Source of the DNA: Octopus sinensis
Taxonomy: Eukaryota
Reading direction: 5' to 3'
NCBI RefSeq assembly: GCF_006345805.1
Contig: NW_021832586.1
Location: 21,781 to 85,780 of the forward strand
DNA length: 64,000 nt
In this document: one piece after another, positions 53,433-64,000 of the stretch
Layout of the letters: the number at the start of each line of letters is the position of its first letter
Numbering within the stretch: position 1 is the stretch's first letter
The notes under the pieces: generated by a model
What the model was told of the DNA's origin: nothing
The model's database searches: none
What the model saw: only the letters and a program-made list of their open reading frames with translations
Made by a program: the position numbers and the translations under genes

Positions 53433-54899
53433 GTAGAAGATGTGTATGCAAGTAATGAAGAATCGATAACGGCAGACATGCGATGTTCTGGTTTGTGAGA
53501 AACCAATATTGATTACCCTCATCTATGTCTAATTGTTTATAAAGATTAAATAGAGAACTTGTTCAGTTTTGTTGGGTAAATTAATTAATTAACCAATTAA
53601 TTAATTAATTAGATAATAATAGACATGAAACAGAACAGACATAGTTGTCAGGCGATAAAAGACACCTGATTCGTGTGTGTACATAGTCATCCACGTCGTA
53701 CCGTCTTCGTTGTCGCTATCGCCAGATTTGTCATCATCGTCGCCGTTGTTGTTGCCATAGACGGCGTCGCAGAAAAAATGTTTTATTCGTTTAATCAATT
53801 AAATAATGAATAAGTTATCCCCCAATCATTCTCTTCGGAGCTTAAATGTTGTTATGGTAGAATTAAAATAATAAATTATTGTATGGATCTAAGTATTTAA
53901 GGGGTGGGACGCCTCATGGCCCCAGCAGGTTTCATATGTAGCTGTAGGCTCGTGATTGGGTGAATAGTATCCCTGGCTAACGGTGAAATTTTAATTCCTT
54001 GTGTATCCATAAGTATCAAAAAATTCCATCAAAGAGATCACGACAAAAATATATACATTATGGAAATATAATGTTTATTCAAAGTAAGCGAGGGGTAAAG
54101 CAGCTGAAGATGCAGGGGAATAGTGAAATGGGTCACATATCCCAGAGCAAGCGGTGTGTCCAGCCACGCCCCGCAAAGGTGTTGCCGCGGAGAAGGGCCA
54201 ACGACACTCGTTACTGCAGCCACTCTACCTTGTGGGATAATTTCTCCGATGACCCACCATTATCCCTATTTTACAGAGGAAGTTGGCAATATGGAGTCCT
54301 AGAACCCTTGACCTCTCAAAGGCGACCAGCGCATACTGATAGCGGCCGACCAGGCAGCAGTATTTATTGATTTTTTCTCTCCTCTGCGTTACGGGTGGCG
54401 ACACTAGGGTTTGCAGCCGATGCTGCAAGATAAGAATCGGAAAACTTGTCGCTACACTTCGCGTCCCAGACTAGAGATCTGCCTCAAGTTGAACCAGAAA
54501 TCCAGCCGCATCAAGGCTCCTACTAATTATATCATTCAGAGTGGCGTATTATCGGCCCGCGAAAGGCTGCAGAATGAAGGATACAAACCGAATTCGTCTA
54601 CTACTGCTCTGCGGTGACATTTGTGCTGCTTGCACACGCAGAGATCGAGGCGTTGGACCACTCTAAAACGATAGAACTTGAACTCGAAACGTAAAGAGCA
54701 GGAACATATACCTCAGCAATTCTTCTTGCTCGATACTCTAACAACTTCGCTCAATTTTGTCTTGCACTGACACTTAATCTATCCCGACAAGAAGATTAAA
54801 TCTGAACGTCGCAGGATTGAACTCAGAGCAAAATGAGCCGGAACAAATACTGCACGGCAATTCTCTCTGATCTCCAATGACTTTATTAATTGGCTATTT

Positions 54900-55100
54900 T
54901 TTATCTTTTATAATTTTCTTGTTTCATTCATTGGGCTGCGTCCATTCTGGAGCACCACCGTGAAGAATTTTAGTCGAATATATCGACCCCAGTACTTGTT
55001 TATCTTTTTAAAGTATGGTACAAATTACAGAGACGTAAGCACGCCAACACTAGTTGTCAAGCGGTAGTGGGGGCAAACACAGGCGCACACACACACACAC
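54900..55100 (-). mobile_element. SINE family 1 tail
   Basis: Similar to 36790-37000. Confidence 0.6.
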
Positions 55101-55507
55101 ATCTATGTTGAAGTTATTGTTGTCGATATTGCTGTAGCTGCAGTTGCTGTTGTTGTGTAACCTTAGATCAACTCTGGTCGCTTATGCCAGGGGCGTAGTC
55201 AGCAGAACAACAGCTCAGGTCTTTCAGTGATAGTCCACATCCACTAACAACAGACCAATTGGCACACTCGGACATTTAGTACTATTTTCTGAAACTCCTT
55301 TTCTTTTTCCATTGTTCAATGTTTTGCATGTCCGTGGAACATGGAGATGAACACAACGAAGGAAGGTAATGACGACTTGGCTAGAGCGTAACTATGTCTT
55401 AACATTTATTGGCTAAGGGTGATCCAGCAAATTGTTTGTGGTTTATGGGGATATTAATGCTTGTTGCCGTTGCGTGTGCAAATGTGTGTACATGTGTGTA
55501 TGTGTGA

Positions 55508-55541
<34 letters not shown>

Positions 55542-55642
55542 AAGAGAGACTGTGTGTGTATGTGTGTGTGGGTCTGTCTGTCTGTGTGCACGTATGTGTC
55601 TTGTCCTTCTGGTTTTAACTTAAAATTATCTTTTCGTTTTCA

Positions 55643-55855
55643 AGGTGGCGGTCTGGTAGAATCTTCAGCACGGCGCGGAGAGCGTTCAGCAGCTTTTCAT
55701 CTGTCTTTATGTTCTGATTTGAAATACCGCTGGGGTCAATTTTCCTTTCTTCATTACGATGTCGATAAGATAAGTACCAGCTGAGCACTGGGAACAATAT
55801 AATCAACTTACCTCCTCCCCCGGAATTGCTGGCTATGTGCCAAAATTTAAAACGA
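55643..55855 (+). mobile_element. SINE family 2 copy
   Basis: GGTGGCGGTCTGGTAGAATC...GTCGATAAGATAAGTACCAG. Confidence 0.65.
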
Positions 55856-56299
55856 ATCTTGTGGAAATGGTCTGAATAAACGCGGTGTAGAATAATACTC
55901 CGTATATATATTTTGCTCTTCCCCGATTATTTGTTCTTATTTTCAACGGGCAGATTTATGTCAGAGTGGTTTGTTGTGGGCAGGTCGGGGACCATAAAGG
56001 AAGGGCTTTCTTTGTGATGGATTTTATGTACTGTATGAAAACTATTATTACTTCTTTCATTTCACGTAATGACGAACACTTGAATGTTCCAACTTTCCTT
56101 TACCCTGTTTTTAATGTGTGTTATAAGTATTGTAAAGAAATTGCATGTAACTTCCAATTATTTTGTATTTGTATATGTGCATGTGTGAGTGTGTATTTAT
56201 GTTGTTGAGTATGATGGCTGCTTGTATATTGGATGTTTTCTAGTTTTGATAGCAAAAAAGAGAGGTAGATTTAGCAGGTGTTAGTTCGGAATTACTTGT

Positions 56300-56810
56300 C
56301 CTGAAATCCCTCAGTTGGAAAAAGTGAGTAGTACCTATATTTCGAAGGGTTAGCCTTGTCACACTCTGTGTCACGCTGAATCTCCCTGAGAACTACTTCA
56401 AGGGTACGCGTGTCTGTTGAGTGCTCAGCCACTTGTATATTAATTTCACAAGCAGGCTGTTCCGCCGACCGTAACAACTGGAACAGTCATCGTCCTAACC
56501 CACGGAGTGCCATGGTATACAGCTCAAGATTTTAAGGCGTGAGTTGGATTCCCGGTGGTGCGTTGTGTCCTTGAGCAACAAACTTTATTTCACTTTATTG
56601 CTCCAGTCCACTCAGCCACCGAAATTGAGTAGTACCTGTAATTAAAAAATGGCCAGTTCTTATGACATTCTATCACGCAGAATCTCCATGAGAACTACGT
56701 TAAAGGTACGCGTATCTATGGAGTACCCAGCCACTTGCACGTTAATTTCATGAGCAGTTTGTTCTGTTGATCGGATCAACTGGAATCCTCATCGTCGTAA
56801 CCGACGAAGT
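56300..56810 (+). mobile_element. Two tandem copies of a third SINE-like family
   Basis: GAGTAGTACCT...GAATCTCC..GAGAACTAC...CAGCCACTTG..TAATTTCA starts near 56326 and again near 56627. Confidence 0.6.
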
Positions 56811-57203
56811 ATCAGTTTTGTTGTACGCGCACCCGTGTGTATGTAAGTGTGTGTATGTGTGTGTATAAGCATGTTGATTGTATGTGTGTGTTTGAGTGTA
56901 TGTATGCGGGTGCACGTGTGTTCCTGCGCGAGCGTGTGTGTTATGTGTATGCACATTTCGTTTATACATACATTGAAAACAATATTTTTGTTCTATTTTT
57001 TCCAGTTGTTTTTATTAAGGATTTCTTTCATAGTTTCGTCAGATTCATTGCACATCCGTCGTTCCATCAATTATAATCATTTACGTAATTCATCATCATA
57101 ACCAGCACCATCAACACCACCGACATCGTCGTCGTCGTCGTTGTCAACATTATCATCATCATCATCATCAAGATCATCATCATCATCATCATTATTATTA
57201 TTA

Positions 57204-57241
<38 letters not shown>

Positions 57242-57248
57242 TATCATT

Positions 57249-57279
<31 letters not shown>

Positions 57280-57333
57280 TATTATTATTATTATTTAATT
57301 ATTATTATTATTATCATTATATTATTATCATGA

Positions 57334-57370
<37 letters not shown>

Positions 57371-57374
<4 letters not shown>

Positions 57375-59480
57375 TATGTTTGACTTTTGCTTTATGTCTG
57401 TATAAGTTGGATCCAAGTCTCACCCAGAGACCTCAAGAGACAACAGGTTGGAAGTTCACGTTGTTGTTATGCCTAGTGTGCCATATATTTGGGGGTTTTT
57501 TTGTGTTGTACTAGTGAATGTCTAATACATAAAAAAAAAGTTTGTTTTAAACCTTGGGATTAATTGAGAGTATTTTGCGTAGGATATGAGCAGTTCTTAT
57601 GAGCACTATCTTTTGAATTTCTGTCATTTTGGGGTTTCCTGGTATCTGAGTTAGGTAGCGATCAGCCCCTTTTGCTATCATTCCCAGGGCACTTATGACA
57701 ACATGTATTGTTTTAGACTTCAGGTTCCACATTTTGCTGATTTCTATTTCAAGATCTTTATATTTGCTCAGTTTTTGGTAGGTCTTGACAGATACGTTTA
57801 TATCGATTGGGACAGTCATATCAATAAGGAGGCACGTTCTTTGTCTGAAGTCTTTCAATATGATGTCTGGTCTATTTGCATCTATCTTTCTGTCAGTTTC
57901 ATGGTGAAGTTCCAGAGGAGTGAGATGTGGTCATTTTCAAGCACTGGAGGTAGATTGTGTTCCCACCACTTTTTTTATGGGGCAAATCCAGGTTTTTGCA
58001 AATTACCCAGTGAATATATTGTGCAGCTCTATCATGCATGTTGAGGTACTCTGTAGGCGTTAGAAGACTGCATTTGGAGACAACATGATCAATGGTTTCA
58101 TTTTGTTGTCGGCATACACGACATGTTGGGATACTGCCGTTCTTTAATATGTTGGTCTGGTAGTTTCTTGTTGGTAGGCATTGATCTTGAGCTGCTATGA
58201 TAAACCCTTCTGTCTCAGATTTTAAGCCAGAGGCCATTAGCCATTGATGGATCAGGGCTTTGTCAATATCTGCATTATTCGCTCTCTTTGGGTATTTGCC
58301 ATAGAGAGGTTTTTCTTGCCATTTATTATTCAGAATATCTAAGGCCGCAGTTTTGGCACGGGTTTTCATGCGCCTAGCTTTTTCTGTGCTTGTTTCTTGT
58401 ATGTCTATCTCTGTATCCGAAATTGGTTGTATTCGGAATTCACTTAGATATTCCTTTGCCTGATTTGTTACTGAGTATAATGCTTTTCTTGGCAGATAAA
58501 GTCGTTCTGTATCTGCTTTAGGGTGGTGCATTCTATGCATTGACAACAGTTTTCTTATTTTTCTGTCGAGCTGACATATTTCAGTAATTGACCAGTTAAC
58601 GATATTTAAACTGTAAGTCACGACTGGTATGGCTAATGCATTAATCGCTTCGATCCTGTTTCTTGCATTCAGCTCTGTCTTAAGTATTGCTCTCACTCTT
58701 CGATAGCATTCTCTCATGATCCTTTCCTTATCTTTAAATGCCTTATTCCGTTCCCTTCAATTACCCCTAGGTACTTGTAGCTCTCCGCTGGGTCTAGTTC
58801 TTTTATGACATTCTGCTGGTCAAGGTTAACGTTAGATGTTTCTGTCATTTTTCCTTTGATAAAGGTAGCTTTTGCACATTTATCGAGGCCGAATTGCATT
58901 CTGATGTCGTCACTGAATTGTTTGACTATCGCTAGTAAGCCTTGAGTTGTTGGTCATTTTTTGCAAAGAGCTTTAATCATCCATGTAAATGAGATGATTT
59001 ATATTTTTATCAAACATTTTATACCCGTACTGCGCGTCATTGAGCAGTTTTGGGAGAGGTATTAAGGCTAAACAAAAGAGGAGTGGTGACAGTGAGTCAC
59101 CCTGGAAAATGCCACGCGAAATTTTTACATCACCAGCATTTAGGGATTCATTGTCACTGTTCAGAGTTAGAGTGGTTCTCCATGATCTCATACTTACAGT
59201 CAAAAGGTTTCGCAGAATAGGTGCTATCTTATATATTTCCAGGCATTTCCTAATCCAGCTATGTGGTAGGCTATCAAAAGCCTTTTTATAGTCTATCCAG
59301 GCTGTTGACAAGTTTTTGTGTCGTTTGTGACGACCTTCTAAGATTATCTTCTAGTTGGTCTTTACAGCCGTAGGATCCACGTTTACATCCTTTCTGTTCA
59401 TTAGGGATTATGCTGCTGTCTGTTAAAAAATTATAAGTATAATCCGTCAGGACAGATGTTAGCGTTTTGTACATAGTTGT
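57371..59480 (-). mobile_element. R4/Dong LINE, family C, 5'-truncated (RT to 3' end)
   Basis: EQKGCKRGSYGCKDQL, WIDYKKAFDS, GIFQGDSLSP, YMDD, CRVC..H..SKC and IDMTVP. Flanked by (TTA)n. Confidence 0.93.
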
Positions 59481-59871
59481 TGTTGTTATTATTATTATTA
59501 TTTTATTATTATTATTATTATCATCATCATTAATTATTATTATTATTATTATTATCATCATCATCATCATCATTATTATTATTATTAATATTATTATTAA
59601 TATTATTATTATTATTATTATTATTATTTTATTATATTATTATATTATTATTATATTATTATTATCATCCATTAATTATTATTATTATTATTATTATCAT
59701 CATCATCATCATCATTATTATTATTATTAAATTATTATTATTAATATTATATTATTTATGATTATTATTATTATTTTATTATATTATTATTATTATTATT
59801 ATTATATTATCATTAATCATTATCATTATCATTGTCATTGTCATTGTCATTATCATTATCATTTCATTATA

Positions 59872-59916
<45 letters not shown>

Positions 59917-59920
59917 TTTA

Positions 59921-62900
59921 TTCAGTAGTTATTTTTATAGCGTGCTTTCACTTCACTACCGAGCGCAGCTCTGTGTGCCTTGAGTATGTGCTGTGATTTT
60001 TTGTGATGCTCTGATGGTTATTGTATGGAAAGCGTTCTGCTTAGGATGTGTGCAGTGCCTAGTAGTGCAATTTTCTCTATGTTATATGTGTTTGTAAGTC
60101 CTGGTGTTTTTGTTATGTATTTGTCTGAATATTTTTTTATCATGCCTTATGCACCTACTATGATAGGAATTGTTTCTGTTTTTAGATTCCACATTCTGGT
60201 TACTTCTATTTCCAGGTCTTTGTATTTTGAAAGTTTCTCCATTTATTTTAGAGACACATTGTCATCTTCTGGTATTGATACATCAATTAGAAAGCATTTT
60301 TTTCTTCATGATCTTTGACAACTATATCTGGTCTGTTGGCCTTAATCTGTGTGTATCAGCATGTCCCAGAGTATGGTTGCTTTCTCGTTTTCTGTGACCT
60401 TTTCTGGTGTGTGCCTATACCATCTTTTTTCTGTTGTTATTCCATAATGTTGGCATATCTTCTAATGTATGTAGGTTCCAACTCTGTCATGTCTGTGAAT
60501 ATATTCCTTCTTAGCCAGGACTGGGCAGCCAGAAATAATATAATTTATTGTTCCTTGACCATCTCCACATATTCTGCAGTTACTTGTTATATTTCTTTTC
60601 ATTACATGTTTTTGGTAATTTCTGGTGGGGAAGCTTTGGTCTTGTGCTGCAATTAAAAATCCCTCTGTCTCTGCTTTGAGTCCCGAGCTTCTCAACCATT
60701 GCTGGGATTTTTCTTTGTCTATTTCTTTTGCGTTTAGTTAGTCCAGTATTTACCATGAAGGGCTTTTCTTGCCATCGTTTTATCATGTTCGTTGCTGTTC
60801 TATTTTTAGTTTGGATTTCATTTGTTTTATAGCTTTTGTTGTTTCTTCATCTTCTTCTTGATCTTCATATTTATTAGGTGGTATGATTTCTTGTTTATAT
60901 TTGTCAGCTTCCTGAAATACTGAGAACAGTTTTTTGTTTTGCTCGTTTTTTGCCGCTATTTGTATCAGTTTTCCTTCCTTCTGAAGTAGATATTTTTGCA
61001 GTCCTATGGTGGTTATTTTTAGTAGTTTTGCAACTGTATAAGGCCTCTACCACCTTCTATACGTTGTATATATAGTCTTTGTATGTCAGATTTTGGGTGA
61101 TGCATCCTAGATCCTGTCATTATTTTTTTTATTTTCTCTTTCGTCTTATCTAGTTCATGGATTCCTAAGTATTTGTAAGTTTGGCTTTGGTCTAATTCCT
61201 TTATTTCATTGGTTTTATCTAGTGTGATGTTGCTACTCTTAACTAGTTTTCCTCTTTTCATGGTTACTTTGGCGCATTTTTCTAATCCAAATTTCATATC
61301 TATTTCTTTGGTAAATCTATGAACTGACTTTAATAGTGTTTCCAGCTGTTTGTCATTGCAGCGTATAGTTTTAGGTCATCCATATATAAAAGGTGGCTGA
61401 TCGTTTTGCCGTAACATTATATCCGCATCCAGTTCTATTAGCATATCAGATAGAGGTGACAGTGCCAAGCAGAAAATGAGTGGCGAGAGCGTGCTTCCCT
61501 GGAATATTCCACTTCTAATGGGGATGGCTTTGGTTTTCATGAATCCCTCTTTATTTGGAGCTGTAGCACTGTTTGCCATTTATTCATAGAGTTCCCTATG
61601 AATTTTATGATTGTTTGTGCTACTTTGTTAATGGCTAGTGTTTCGAGGATCCATGTGTGTGGGATGCTATCAAACGCCTTTTGTAGTCGATCCAGGTCTT
61701 ACTGAGGCCTTTCTTCTTTCTGTGGCTGTCTTCAGTATGGCTTCATTAATCATTAGTTACAGCCATATGAGCTTTTGCGGCATCCTTTTCTGCTCTTCTG
61801 GAACAGGTTGTTTTCCGTCAAGTGCTTGTTCAACCTTTGCGATATCACTGCAGTAAATGCCTTGTACATTGTAGGGAGACAGGTTATTGGTCTGTAGTTT
61901 CTGGTTTTGCTGTCTCATTTGATTTGGGAATTAAGATGGTTTTCCCCTTCGTGAGCCATTCAGGCATTGTCTCTGGTTCTGCTAGTATGTTGTTAAAGTT
62001 TTCAGCCAGCTTTTTGTGCATTCCTGTCAGATATTTGAACCAGAAGTTGGGGATCTTGTCATGCCCAGGTGCCTTCCATTTGCTTAGTCTTTGCAGTGCC
62101 TGGGTGACCTCTTCAGTTGTTATGGGAGTCCAAATTTTCTCAATGCTGAGTTTGTTGTTTTAATACTCCTTTTTTTTTGGTTGTTCGTTCGCCGACCATA
62201 TTTCTCTCCAGAATTCTTCCACTTCTCCTGCCGTTGGTGCTGCAGTGATTTCTATGTGCCTTTGCGGCATCCTTTCTGCTCTTCTGGAAACAGGTTGTTT
62301 TCGTCCAGATGCTTGTTCAACCTTTGCGATATCACTGCAGTAAATGCCTTGTACATTGTAGGGAGACAGGTTATTGTCGTGCATCCTTACGGTCTGGGTT
62401 TGTTGTTTTTTGTTTTCATCGTGTTGTTGGGAATGTTACGTTTGTCTTCGTGTTTTCTGTTTCAGTGTTTATATTATTGGGCATTGTTGTGTGGCTTCTA
62501 TCTACATTTTCCTGGTGTATTTTTTCTTTTTAATGTTCTATTTCTATTTCTGATATTTTTTTTGCGTTGAGAATGTATCTTCGTACGTTAGCTAGTTTAT
62601 TAGGGTTCATTGCTGTATCCAAGTCTATATTATGTATTTTCCTTCAATATTTTATATGTATGTGTTTTGTTTTCATTTTTTTGGGTAGAGCACTGCTGTG
62701 AAGTATGCGTGTAGGATAGAAATGTATTCCTCACGTGTCCATTTATGTCTTTTGGGTTCTATTTGCGGGGACATTAGGAACAACGTCCGGTCCATTATTT
62801 TGACGGTCGTCATTTTCGTAGGGTACCGGTCCGTTCATTTCTGTTGTCACATTGTTTTGCACGTGTAGTTTTTCTACATTTTGTGTTGTAAGTTTAAAGT

Positions 62901-63287
62901 ACGTTCCTCCCGATTGTTATTCTTGGATTGAATAATATCGGTGGTTTATTTCTTCGTAGTTCCTTTGTACATGGTGTTTGGGGTCGGGGATGATCTGGTG
63001 TTGATCTGGGTTGATGTAATGTACCACGCATGTTTACATGTGTTGTGTTAGAGGTGGAGATGATATCGAGTCAAAAAACATCATTTCGTTTCGAAAATAT
63101 ATAAAATTTGAATGAGTATTACTTACTCAGATACAGTCCAATCCTTTGTTAGTAAATCTTTGGCTCCATACGATGTCCTTGTTTTCGATGTTTGTGGATA
63201 GATTTCGGAGCTCTGTTTTGTCGTGCTTACATCTTAAACGTCCCCTGATGTCACATCGTAAACGTCCCCCGGTGTACATCTTAAACC
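59921..63287 (-). mobile_element. R4/Dong LINE, family A, both ends apparently present, internally rearranged
   Basis: Putative 5' UTR from about 63287, Myb-like region at about 62540-62760, RT, RLE and 3' end. Has an internal duplication and deletions. (TTA)n lies on both sides. Confidence 0.9.
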
Positions 63288-63399
63288 TTATTATTTTTAT
63301 TATTATTATTAATTATTATTATATTATTATTATATATTATTATTATTATATTATTATTTTATTATTATTATTGATATTTTATTATTATATTATTATTAT

Positions 63400-63449
<50 letters not shown>

Positions 63450-63459
63450 CGTATTTTAA

Positions 63460-63605
63460 TGCGCGCTGGAGTGGCTTGCTTACAAACCACATGGTTCCGG
63501 GTTCAGTCTCACTGAGGGACATCTTGGGCAAGTGTCATCTACATAGCTTCGGCCAACCAAAGCCTTGTGAGTGGATTTGGTAGCAGAAACTGAAATAAAT
63601 CTGTC

Positions 63606-63646
<41 letters not shown>

Positions 63647-63875
63647 GTTTGTGGGTGTGTATATTTGTGTGTGTTTGTTTGTGTTTGTACCACCTACCAT
63701 CGCTTGACAACCGATATTGATGTGTTTAAGTCCCCGTAAATTAGCGTTCGTCGGCAAAATAGGCCGATGGGATAAGAACTAGGCTTACAAAAGAACCATC
63801 CTGGGGCTGATTGTTTGACGGAAGTCGGTGCCCCTAGAATATCCGCAGGTCAAGGACGGAGTAAAAGAGTAAAAA
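63460..63875 (+). mobile_element. SINE family 1 copy
   Basis: Alignable to 29141-29545. Confidence 0.75.
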
Positions 63876-64000
63876 AATAAACTATGAACCTTTTACTCCC
63901 TTACTTTACTCCTCCCCTTACTTAGTGGTCATTCAAATAGCTCTTTTGTCTTAATAACGGTCAATCAGACGGTAATTTCCCTTTGTATAACGGTCATTTT

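Noticed and set aside
53880-54630. GC-richer segment with short ORFs
   Set aside because: No diagnostic motif. Probably an old LINE remnant, but I cannot assign it.
63130-63215. HDV-like pseudoknot in the family-A 5' UTR (GCTCC/GGAGC, AAATCT/AGATTT)
   Set aside because: P3/L3 and catalytic-strand features are missing, and pairings this short are expected by chance.

Overview
AT-rich eukaryotic repeat DNA with no recognisable host gene. The microsatellite load and SINE types resemble an octopus/cephalopod genome (inference). Long (AAT)n/(TTA)n tracts hold about 15 copies from at least five families of R4/Dong-clade non-LTR retrotransposons (Myb-like N-terminus, YMDD reverse transcriptase, CCHC finger, restriction-like endonuclease), all oriented so the sense strand reads (AAT)n. 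The same tracts hold five copies of an unrecognised ~535-nt non-coding retroposon. (TA)n tracts instead hold Penelope-like elements and remnants with hammerhead ribozymes, two families of which have a CCGA core variant. Also present are Tx1/L1, CR1 and RTE fragments, a mariner remnant, Helitron-like ends and many SINEs. Most ORFs in the supplied track are microsatellite translations or shadows. Best leads: the 535-nt hitch-hiker RNA, reiterated repeats at Dong 5' junctions, an internally deleted Dong with an in-frame Myb-like fusion ORF, and the variant hammerheads. Coordinates were read by eye, and element edges are approximate.
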